In this document: positions 53,918-62,674 of the stretch, one piece after another
Layout of the letters: every line of letters begins with the position of its first letter
Numbering within the stretch: position 1 is the stretch's first letter
DNA from: a virus
Taxonomy: Duplodnaviria; Caudoviricetes
Reading direction: 5' to 3' (one strand)
Virus record (IMG/VR): IMGVR_UViG_3300035675_000001
DNA length: 64,000 nt
Notes under the pieces: generated by a model
Told to the model about the DNA's origin: nothing
The model's input: the letters and a program-made list of their open reading frames with translations, nothing else
The model's database searches: none
Program-made: the position numbers and the translations under genes

Positions 53918-56900
53918 AGGAAGTGGATGACATCCTGGCCGCGCTCCTGGAGGATGAGGATGACCTCAGCTCCAAGGACGTGTTCTTCCCCAATGACCCC
54001 AAGGCTGTGGACTTCTCCGAGCCGCTGGCGGGCAATGAGGCGAAGCTGCGCCGGGTGTTCACCTGGCTCACGCGCCTGGGGATGACGCCCGCCTTTGGCA
54101 GCGTGCCCATCGGCTGGTATCAACAGGCCCAGTTCGAGGCCATCGACCGGCTGCGGGCGCTGGCCAAGCTCAAGGGCATTGACCTGCGCTGGGTCAAAAA
54201 GAAGAACGAGCACATCCTGGCCTATCACCAGGACCGCTGGGTGCCCATCGCCAAGTTCGGCTGGCGAGATGAGCTGGTCGCCGAAGCGATGGACGACGAC
54301 TTCGACATGAAGGAAGTCACGGGCGGGGCCTTCGATGAGCTGGCCCAGCTTGTAGCCAGCGGCGTCCTGGACCTGAGCGGCAAGGTCGAGCGTGGCAGTT
54401 CCCGCTACGTCCACGAGCGCAGCACCACCTTCGAGCTTTACAACAGCTACAACTGGCCGGACGACATGCCGCAGGAGGAGCGCGAGGCCGAAGAAGTCCG
54501 CATCGACAAGCTCATCAGCGAGCTGGAGAAGTATGTCAGCGAGCGCATCGTTGCCTGGAACCACAAGATTTACCAGGAGTTGGAGAAGGACTACGAGTGG
54601 GCTTACGAGGACGAGAACATCGCCGACACTCTGGAAGCAAACGACTACCACTTCACCGAGGATGGTGAGCGGGATGATGAAGGCCCATTCACCTACCAGC
54701 AACTCCAGCCCGACGCCCAAGAGGCTGCCCGCCAGTGGTGGAAGGACGCCAACGAGCAGGACAACTGGTGGAGCGAATCGACCATTGCCGAGTGGAAGTG
54801 GCTGCTCGACCAGAAGGGATTCCTTGGCGTGGAGATCGCCTTTAGCGGCTTCTGGAGCCAGGGCGATGGCGCTTCCTTCGAGGCCAAGCGGTTTGACGCG
54901 GCCCAGTTCTTCAAGGGCGTCGATCCCCTCGACTTCCCGGAGCAGGACCGCGAGCAGATGAGCGAGTCCCAGGAAGATGACATCCATCCCAAAGACCTGG
55001 CGACCACCAACCCGGAGGACGTGGCTTCCGAAATCCTCCGCCTGGTCACCGCCATTCCGGGCGTGACCGACGTGACCATGACCAGGGGCGCGGTCAACCC
55101 GGAGCACGTCATCATCAACGGCAAGATCAACCTCGACCACTGGGACGCGGGCTACGCCATCGACAAGGCGATCTTCCCGGTCATGGAGAACCCTGCCGTC
55201 GAGATTACTCGCCACACCGCCTTCGCCGCCCCGATGGACAAATATCCGCGTGGCTTCGCCGTGGTGGTCAAGCCCGCGCTGCGCGAGTCACTGCTGGAGC
55301 GTTACGGCGGGGCCGAGAAAGAGCGCCAGATTTTCTACCACGGCACGACCTCCACCCTGCTGCCCAAGATTCTCGCCCAGGGCTTGATTCCCAATCCCAA
55401 GGTCCGCTCCTGGTCCGACGATCCGCACAAGGGCCTCATCCAGCCCTCGCGCCAAAGCCTGGAGGGCATCTACGTCACGACCAACCTGATGACTGCCGTC
55501 TCCGCCGCTGGCCGCGTGGCCCGGCGCGACAAGGCCCACCGGCTGATCGTGGTGATGGAGCTGCAACCCCGCGACCTCCTGGCCGACGAGGATGACATCG
55601 GCGGCACGATCAACGCACTGGCCAACCACATCAGCGACCACGTTTACTCGCACATCTGGCCCTACTTCGCCGAAGTCTATCGAGACCGAATGCGCTACGC
55701 GGAGGAATACGCGCCCCGCGCCGACCAGGCCAAGGCCAAATGGGTGGACGACGCCGCCAAGCAGATGCTCTACAAGTTCGGCCAGAACAGGCCGGAGCTG
55801 GAGACCCGCCTGCGCGAGCTGCTGGCCAACGAGGGCTACCGCATCATGCTGACCCGCATGGCCTCCTATGCGGGCGACTGGGAGAAGGGCTACTGGCACA
55901 GCGAATGGCGGCACCTGTTTGGGACCGACGAGGACGCTCCTCCGGTGCCGGACAAGAACCAGGCCGAAGCAGACTTTCTCGCTTTCAAGGACAAGCTGAC
56001 GCGCACGCTCAAGGGCAAAGCCCGCCCGCTGATGCAGAAGGACTGGAAGCTCAACGTCAGTGGCCGGTCCATGAAGCCCATCGGTTTCGACGGCAGCGAC
56101 CGCATCATCTGCATCGTCGAGGAGATCGACCACTCCGGGCCGGAGTATTACACCGGCATGATCGTCCACTACGGCAAGCCGCCCGAACAGCTCATCAAGG
56201 ACTGGACCGAATCCCACGGCCCCCTGGACAAGCCAGACAGCATTGTTTACAAAAACGCGCAGCAGGAAGCTTTCGAGACGCACGGCCAGGCTTTGGCCCG
56301 CACCGGCGAGTGGGGCACCCAGGCGGCAGGCGGCGTCTATATCGCCCAGGACACCGGGCGCGTGCTCATCGGCTTTCGCTCCAGCGATGTTCTCAAGCCG
56401 CACACCTGGGGCACCTTCGGCGGAGCAATGGACGAAGGCGAAGACGCGGCCACGGCTGCCCAGCGCGAGATGAAGGAGGAGACCGGCTACAGCGGGCCGA
56501 TGGAGATGAAGCTCGTTTACGTTTTCGAGAAGGGCACGTTCAAGTATCACAACTTCGCCGTCATCGTGCCCGCCGAGTTCAAGCCGCGCCTCAACTGGGA
56601 GAACGATGACGCCGAGTGGTTCGAGCCGGGCAAGTGGCCAAGCCCGCTTCACCCTGGCATGGATCAGCTTCTTTCGCGCCTGGGCGCGGTCCAGGAGTCC
56701 GAGGATGACGACTTCGACGTGAAAGAAGTGGCCAAGGTCGATGACGGAATCTTCGTCAACTACACCTACGACTCGCACGACCCCGATGGCCAATACGAGC
56801 AGGTGTGGGAAGACGAGGGACCGTTCGTGTCCATGCAGAGCGCCTACGAGTGGGCGCAGAAAAACCTGTCCCGCGACAAGATCGCCGAGCTGAACATCAC

Positions 56901-57930
56901 CCGCGAAGTCCTGGGCAGCGTGACCGACAAGATCATCGTCGATCAGTTTTGGGGAACCTGGGAGAAGCGCGGCGAGCAAACGGTTCCTGTAAACATTTCC
57001 GAGGCAGCCGATGACGACTTTGAAACCAAGGAGATCGCCGAGTTTGACCCGGACCCGTTGACGTTGACGCGCAACTTCATGGAGACGGCCTACACGACGC
57101 ACGGCGATCTGGACCGCTTCATGACCAAGCTCTCCGAGGTCGTGGACTGGCCCCAGCTCTACGCCGCCTATCCGCGCATGGCTGACATGCCGGTCAAGCT
57201 TTACGGCGGCGTGCCCATGCAGATCGGCTGGGCTGTGAGCAGACCCGGCACGGTTGCAGGCGTCAACCTGGAGCCAGGGCAGACTGTGTTCCTTGTTGGT
57301 CGCCAGGCATTCGATGATGCGCCCAAGCGCCTGGAGCGCCGGTTCGCGTGGGCCATCAAGTGTGCCCTCGACGTGCTCGATGGCCGCAACCCGGACAAAG
57401 AAGCCGCCAAAGAGTGGGCCGCGAGAAAGACCAAGAGCCGCTGGCCCGACGACTACCAGTATGGGTTTGAAAGCCGTGATCCCGACGCCGTAGTGGAAAC
57501 TGCCGAAGACGACTTTGAGGTCAAGGATGTGGGGCTGCCCGGCCAGAACTGGACCTACCACATCTTCCGCTTCCCCACCGCAGCGGCCATCAACTACTTC
57601 GTGGTCGAAGACCCGGCCTTCAAACACGAGCCGTTTGTGACCGACCGCACCGGCGATGAGCTGGAACGCGGCATCCGCCCTCGCTGGCCCAACTGGGACA
57701 AGCTGGGCAAGACGGTGGGCGGTCACACCTTCCCCCGGCGAATGCCGGACAAGGAGCTTCACCAGATCGCCCAGGCGCAGATCAGGCAGTTCTTGAGAGC
57801 GGGCGAATTTCCGCGCCAGGGCTACCGCGACGTGTGGGAATGGATGCGGGATGTGCGCGACACCGGCAAGCCCCATGATCCGCTCCCGTGGGACATCCGC
57901 AGGCGCGGCAATACTTACAGACAGATATGA
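53914..57930 (+). CDS. 1338-aa tagged polyprotein containing ART-like and NUDIX domains
   Basis: Six tags; FYHGTTS.LLPKILAQGLIP...GIYVTT; GGAMDEGEDAATAAQREMKEETG Nudix box; FSGFWSQGDGASF domain. Confidence 0.8.
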   Translation: MKEVDDILAALLEDEDDLSSKDVFFPNDPKAVDFSEPLAGNEAKLRRVFTWLTRLGMTPAFGSVPIGWYQQAQFEAIDRLRALAKLKGIDLRWVKKKNEHILAYHQDRWVPIAKFGWRDELVAEAMDDDFDMKEVTGGAFDELAQLVASGVLDLSGKVERGSSRYVHERSTTFELYNSYNWPDDMPQEEREAEEVRIDKLISELEKYVSERIVAWNHKIYQELEKDYEWAYEDENIADTLEANDYHFTEDGERDDEGPFTYQQLQPDAQEAARQWWKDANEQDNWWSESTIAEWKWLLDQKGFLGVEIAFSGFWSQGDGASFEAKRFDAAQFFKGVDPLDFPEQDREQMSESQEDDIHPKDLATTNPEDVASEILRLVTAIPGVTDVTMTRGAVNPEHVIINGKINLDHWDAGYAIDKAIFPVMENPAVEITRHTAFAAPMDKYPRGFAVVVKPALRESLLERYGGAEKERQIFYHGTTSTLLPKILAQGLIPNPKVRSWSDDPHKGLIQPSRQSLEGIYVTTNLMTAVSAAGRVARRDKAHRLIVVMELQPRDLLADEDDIGGTINALANHISDHVYSHIWPYFAEVYRDRMRYAEEYAPRADQAKAKWVDDAAKQMLYKFGQNRPELETRLRELLANEGYRIMLTRMASYAGDWEKGYWHSEWRHLFGTDEDAPPVPDKNQAEADFLAFKDKLTRTLKGKARPLMQKDWKLNVSGRSMKPIGFDGSDRIICIVEEIDHSGPEYYTGMIVHYGKPPEQLIKDWTESHGPLDKPDSIVYKNAQQEAFETHGQALARTGEWGTQAAGGVYIAQDTGRVLIGFRSSDVLKPHTWGTFGGAMDEGEDAATAAQREMKEETGYSGPMEMKLVYVFEKGTFKYHNFAVIVPAEFKPRLNWENDDAEWFEPGKWPSPLHPGMDQLLSRLGAVQESEDDDFDVKEVAKVDDGIFVNYTYDSHDPDGQYEQVWEDEGPFVSMQSAYEWAQKNLSRDKIAELNITREVLGSVTDKIIVDQFWGTWEKRGEQTVPVNISEAADDDFETKEIAEFDPDPLTLTRNFMETAYTTHGDLDRFMTKLSEVVDWPQLYAAYPRMADMPVKLYGGVPMQIGWAVSRPGTVAGVNLEPGQTVFLVGRQAFDDAPKRLERRFAWAIKCALDVLDGRNPDKEAAKEWAARKTKSRWPDDYQYGFESRDPDAVVETAEDDFEVKDVGLPGQNWTYHIFRFPTAAAINYFVVEDPAFKHEPFVTDRTGDELERGIRPRWPNWDKLGKTVGGHTFPRRMPDKELHQIAQAQIRQFLRAGEFPRQGYRDVWEWMRDVRDTGKPHDPLPWDIRRRGNTYRQI

Positions 57931-58352
57931 ACGGCTTTGTCACAACTCAGCGTTACGGGACCACATTTGATGTGCCCATCAGCCTGCCGCAGACTGAACT
58001 CCGGCGCGGGCGCTACATCAACTGCGGCCAAATCCGGCTGACGCTGGGCCAGGTCTTGCGGATTCGCTGCCTGAACCTGCACCTGGTCAACATCATCACG
58101 GCCACGGCGCTGCCCGACATTTTCAGCACGCCCCTGGGCATCGTGAGCGCAGGCGTCTATCTCTCGCCGATGATGTGCTCGTCGTCCTGTCTGCTGACCG
58201 CTCAGTCGCCTGGGATCATTTCTGTAAACAGTTTCGCCTACAAGGAATACCGGTCGCCTGGCCTCTATTACTTCACCGTCAGCAACAACACGACGAACGT
58301 GGACGTGAGCGTCGCCCTGACGGGGGTCATCAAGCTGCTCAACTACGCATGA
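57927..58352 (+). CDS. Beta-rich virion protein, paralog of 53432..53917
   Basis: FDVPISLPQTELR...PGLY...SNN..NVDVSVALTG. Confidence 0.55.
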   Translation: MNGFVTTQRYGTTFDVPISLPQTELRRGRYINCGQIRLTLGQVLRIRCLNLHLVNIITATALPDIFSTPLGIVSAGVYLSPMMCSSSCLLTAQSPGIISVNSFAYKEYRSPGLYYFTVSNNTTNVDVSVALTGVIKLLNYA

Positions 58353-58365
58353 AGTTCTATCCCCT

Positions 58366-61281
58366 ATGAGTGACGCACTCGAATCTGCCCTTATCATTCA
58401 GCTCCAGGAGGCGATCAAATGGGGTTCGCCGCTGCCTGCCCCGGAGATCGTGACCGGGCGCATGACCCAAGTCGATCCTGGCCTGCCGTTCAACGTCGTG
58501 GACTACTCCAAGCGCGACCGCGAGTTGCAGCAGCGCGACAACATCATTGCCGCCGCCGTCTGCAAGGTCTCGCTCCATGCCCGCACCGTCTGGAGCGGCA
58601 CCGTGGTCTATCCCCGGCTCCAGGGCGTCCAGGGTGTCACCGACTACACCGGCACCAACATCTTCCTGGGCGTGGACCCGCAAGAGCTGAACTATCCGCT
58701 CCCGGTGAACTACACCAGCGTCATGTATGTCGGCAATGGCAGCGTGCCCTACGACGCAGTGCTCACGACCGACAAAGACCTCTATGGCCGAGACCTGCTG
58801 CTCTACGAGACACTGGCCCGCGCTGCCTCCATCTTCCCCATCGAACCCATCCAGGAGAAAGACCCTGCCGGTGCGGTCATCGGCTCCACCAGCATTTGGG
58901 CCACGGCCAGCGGCACCGACCGCAACGTCACGCCCAACTCCGCGCAAGCGATGGACGTGGCCATGCTCAAGGAGCCGGACATGTATCTGGCCGAGCGCGA
59001 CAATCAGAACGCGGCCTACGTGTCGCGGGTCGCCCAGGCGCTCAAGAACCCGTTCGAGTATGCCTCGCGCATCTACGTGGAAGTCGTCGGGCCTGCCGAG
59101 CGCGAGACTGAGACCTACGTCCTGAGCGAAGCCGTCTTCATTTACGGCCAGGTTTACGCCGCCAACGAGGAGGTCAAATACACCAGGCCGACCATCGACT
59201 CCGGCGCGGACACGGTGACCATCGCTGCGGACGGGACTGCCACGATCTCGACCACCGGCTACCTGTTCGGCAACGGCAACGACGTGGGGCGCATCTTCGT
59301 CCTGGACTCCGACAACCTGCCCTACACGATCACCAACTTCATCAGCACCACCCAGTGCGTGGTCACGACGGACGGTGCCAAGACGGCCACGGGTTTCACC
59401 ATCACCAACACGATCTCGCAGTGGTATCGAGCCAACTACACCACCGGCGACATCCCCTACGGCAGCCCCGCCTGGACGCAGATCAGCGCCCCCAACCTGC
59501 GACAGTTCCTCTCGGAACCGGCGCTCTCCAGCCGCAACCGGATCATCTACAACGTCTCGGCCAAGACCCTCCAGTGGCTCCGGGAAAACCTGGACCTGGT
59601 TCACGTCCCGCAGATCGTCGGCTTCATGATCCCCGGCGTGCTGCCCGGCCAGACCGTGGAGACGGTCCCGCAGGTGCCAGAGACGAAGGACTCCCAGTTC
59701 TGGCGGCAGAAGTCAGGCCGCGTATCGCTCCAGAGCGGCACCTGGCAAAACTTGGCCTCCATCTATCCCACGGCGGGAGCAGCCACAACGGGCGGCATCG
59801 ACACGATGTTTCAGAGCGCCAAGGCGCTCACCCTGATGATGCCCGATACCGCCGCGATCCAGTTCAGCGCCCCCATCTGCCCGCCCGGCACCTATGCCAT
59901 GACGGCGCTGATCCGACCAGCCTCCACCGTTTACATCGCGGGCATCGACCGCGTGGTGGGCGGCACAAGCGTCCCAGCCAACAGTGGCGTCAACTTCAAC
60001 GGGCTGAACGAAGTCATCCAATACAACATCAAGCTGCCCTATGGCACCTGGACGCTGCGGATCGAATACACCAACGACGTGACCGCGCTCACGGACAGCG
60101 TGGGGTTTGGTGTCATTGTCAGCATCCCCGGCCAGATTCTCTTGGGCGACGCCACGCCGCTTTACTTCGCCGATACCAACGGCAATCCGCTGCCCAAGGG
60201 CCTGCTTGTGACCAGCAGTGGACTTGACATCAACGCCCAGGGCCAAGCCTACCCGCTCTCGATCCAATGGACTGCCGGGTCCGGCAAGCTCCACATCCGC
60301 CGCCTCATCTTCTCGTCCACGACCAACCAGACCAGCCATTACATCGTGGACACATCCTGGCGCGGCAAGAACTACACGGCCAAGCTGGACGTGATGGGCG
60401 AACGCGACTGCCCCGACGTGATGCCCTTCCGGTTCTACCTGGCGACAGGCGACAGCAACCCCACCTTCGACCTGACCTGGAAGATTGCCAAAGGCGCACC
60501 CTACGACGCCACACGGACGTATTATCCCGGCGACCAAGTGCTCTATAACGGCATCTACTGGCAAGCGACGGACATCATCAGTCCCGGCGTCTATCCAGGC
60601 AGCTCGACGGACTGGAATCCGCTCAGCCGCGAGCCACAGATTCCGCTCCTGGTCGAAAGCCTGAACCTCCAGTATCTCCGCACCACGGAGGTCACACCGA
60701 TGACCAGCGGCAACCTGGGCTTCCGCCAGGACATGGTTGAGCGGTCGCTGCGCTGCGACCAGGATGCCTACCGGGCCAGCATCAGCAGCGTCGGCAGCAA
60801 CTTTCCTGAGTTTCGCGTCGCCAACGCGACGGGCTACTCCTGGGAGCGTGAATCCACCGAAGCGTGGATGGGCTTCCAGGAGAGCTATAACCCGCGCCTG
60901 CGCGAGTTCCAAGCTGTCAGCGGTGCGATCCTGGAGGGGCGCTACTACGAAGTGCGCGGCACCACCGGGAGCCTCATCTACAACTCTGTCGTCTATGCCC
61001 CCAACCAACGCTTCTACGGCGTGGCCGGGGTGACCACTTTCACGCCTGGTGGTGATTGCACGCTCTGGCAAGTCGGAGCTTACCGGGTTTCTCTCCCAGG
61101 GGATGTGGGACAGCCAGCTTACGTGCCGGACGGGCTGGAGTTCGTTTTGTCAGCGGGAACCGTGGCCGGTTGGTATGCGTCGTATGCGTCCTACCCCACC
61201 ATCCAGACCCTTCAACCGTGGATGGTGGAGAAAGGTATTTATGTGGCGCAGCCGGAGTTCTGGTCGCCGCCGACAATGTAA
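58366..61281 (+). CDS. Large virion structural protein (tail/baseplate-associated) with a CBM5/12-like module
   Basis: T/G/Y-rich beta composition; YDATRTYYPGDQVLYNGIYWQAT....PG..P...W. Confidence 0.6.
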   Translation: MSDALESALIIQLQEAIKWGSPLPAPEIVTGRMTQVDPGLPFNVVDYSKRDRELQQRDNIIAAAVCKVSLHARTVWSGTVVYPRLQGVQGVTDYTGTNIFLGVDPQELNYPLPVNYTSVMYVGNGSVPYDAVLTTDKDLYGRDLLLYETLARAASIFPIEPIQEKDPAGAVIGSTSIWATASGTDRNVTPNSAQAMDVAMLKEPDMYLAERDNQNAAYVSRVAQALKNPFEYASRIYVEVVGPAERETETYVLSEAVFIYGQVYAANEEVKYTRPTIDSGADTVTIAADGTATISTTGYLFGNGNDVGRIFVLDSDNLPYTITNFISTTQCVVTTDGAKTATGFTITNTISQWYRANYTTGDIPYGSPAWTQISAPNLRQFLSEPALSSRNRIIYNVSAKTLQWLRENLDLVHVPQIVGFMIPGVLPGQTVETVPQVPETKDSQFWRQKSGRVSLQSGTWQNLASIYPTAGAATTGGIDTMFQSAKALTLMMPDTAAIQFSAPICPPGTYAMTALIRPASTVYIAGIDRVVGGTSVPANSGVNFNGLNEVIQYNIKLPYGTWTLRIEYTNDVTALTDSVGFGVIVSIPGQILLGDATPLYFADTNGNPLPKGLLVTSSGLDINAQGQAYPLSIQWTAGSGKLHIRRLIFSSTTNQTSHYIVDTSWRGKNYTAKLDVMGERDCPDVMPFRFYLATGDSNPTFDLTWKIAKGAPYDATRTYYPGDQVLYNGIYWQATDIISPGVYPGSSTDWNPLSREPQIPLLVESLNLQYLRTTEVTPMTSGNLGFRQDMVERSLRCDQDAYRASISSVGSNFPEFRVANATGYSWERESTEAWMGFQESYNPRLREFQAVSGAILEGRYYEVRGTTGSLIYNSVVYAPNQRFYGVAGVTTFTPGGDCTLWQVGAYRVSLPGDVGQPAYVPDGLEFVLSAGTVAGWYASYASYPTIQTLQPWMVEKGIYVAQPEFWSPPTM

Positions 61282-61292
61282 AACGTAAACAA

Positions 61293-61976
61293 ATGAAAAA
61301 GCTAACATTATTGCTGGTAACAGCGTTCCTATTCGTTCAAGCCGCGATGGTTCAAGCGGCCTCCTCCGTCACCCTCGCGTGGGACGCAAGTCCTGACGTG
61401 GGCGTGACCAACTACAACCTCTACTGGGGTCTCATGTCGGGCACCAATCACGCGACGACCAACACGGTGCTCACCGGCAACGTGACAGTCTATACGCTGA
61501 CCAATGCTTTAACCCAGCCCAACACCTACTGGTTCTACGTGACCGCCCTGGGCAGCGGGCTGGAGAGCGTGCCCTCCAACGAAATCCGCTACGCCCCGCC
61601 GTATCCGTCGCCGGACCAGATGGCTGGCTTCCGCTACACGACGTTCTGGCAAGGCAGAAATCCGTGGGTGCTGCAACTGGACTGGTTCGCGGTGACCAAC
61701 ATCCCGCTGGCCAACTACCGCATCTACTGGGGCCTGATGAACACCAACAACGGCACCCATACGACCACCAACATCTTGCCGGTCTCCGCGTCGCAGACCA
61801 CCTGCACCGTGAGCAACCTTATCACCGGCAACACCTATTGGTTCAGCGGAGCCGCCGTCTCGACCGACATGGTTCAAGGACCATACTCGGATGAGATTCG
61901 CTACTTCGTTTATCCGATTGCGCCAAGAGGCCCTGGGTCTTTCCGCCAGGTCATCACTGTGCAGCCCGGACAGTAA
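61293..61976 (+). CDS. Secreted protein with two fibronectin type III domains
   Basis: Sec signal; SVTLAWDASPDVGVTNYNLYWG...Y.FYVTAL...ES.PSNE; second copy LDW...NYRIYWG...YWFSGAA. Confidence 0.8.
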   Translation: MKKLTLLLVTAFLFVQAAMVQAASSVTLAWDASPDVGVTNYNLYWGLMSGTNHATTNTVLTGNVTVYTLTNALTQPNTYWFYVTALGSGLESVPSNEIRYAPPYPSPDQMAGFRYTTFWQGRNPWVLQLDWFAVTNIPLANYRIYWGLMNTNNGTHTTTNILPVSASQTTCTVSNLITGNTYWFSGAAVSTDMVQGPYSDEIRYFVYPIAPRGPGSFRQVITVQPGQ

Positions 61977-62674
61977 TGTGCCGGGATCAAATTCCAGTCT
62001 GCATCCAGTCCTGCTCGAAGGAGTTCGCCTTCGAGCGGCGAATGGCTTGCCTGGACACTTGGGTTCCGACGTTATCGTCGAAATTCTACCCCATCTTCCT
62101 GGTCGGCAACCCCGACCAGGAAGTTGATTACATCTTCAAGGAGCTAGGCCCTGGCTGCGGCAATTACCTCAGCGTCCGCTTCTGCGACGAGTGGTATGCG
62201 CTCTCCGGCAAGATGAGGCGCTGGTGGGTGTGGGCGCTGGAGCACTTCGACGCGCCCTGGTTTTTCAAGTGCGACGACGACAGCTACGTCAACGGCAGGC
62301 TGTTCAACGATTTCCCCTTTGAGCGTTACGACTACACCGGCCATTTCTACACCGAAACTTACGCCTGGAAGCAGAAACGTCCGCTGGTTGGCAGCGAGAT
62401 TCAATACAAGGCCCACGGCGCGGGCTACAGCCTTTCCCGGCGCTGCGCCAAGCTCGTGTCCGAGAAGCTGGGCGACTGGGAGCCTGGCGGCGAAGACGTG
62501 AGCACGGCCAGGACCATCTTCAACGGCATCCCCGACGTGGTGATCCACGACATGTGGGAACCGCGAGTCGCGCCCTGGGCCAGACTGAACATGCAGCCCG
62601 ACTGGTTGGTCGGCCACGAGATTCGGGGCATGGACATGATGCGCCAGGTTCACCGGAAGGTAGTTAATCCGTGA
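61976..62674 (+). CDS. GT31/Fringe-like galactosyltransferase
   Basis: WFFKCDDDSYVN, GAGYSLSR, EDV. Confidence 0.8.
   Translation: MCRDQIPVCIQSCSKEFAFERRMACLDTWVPTLSSKFYPIFLVGNPDQEVDYIFKELGPGCGNYLSVRFCDEWYALSGKMRRWWVWALEHFDAPWFFKCDDDSYVNGRLFNDFPFERYDYTGHFYTETYAWKQKRPLVGSEIQYKAHGAGYSLSRRCAKLVSEKLGDWEPGGEDVSTARTIFNGIPDVVIHDMWEPRVAPWARLNMQPDWLVGHEIRGMDMMRQVHRKVVNP
62660..62666 (+). promoter_or_regulatory. GTAGTTA element before the terminal polyprotein
   Basis: GGTAGTTAATCC-GTG, 4-nt spacer. Confidence 0.6.
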
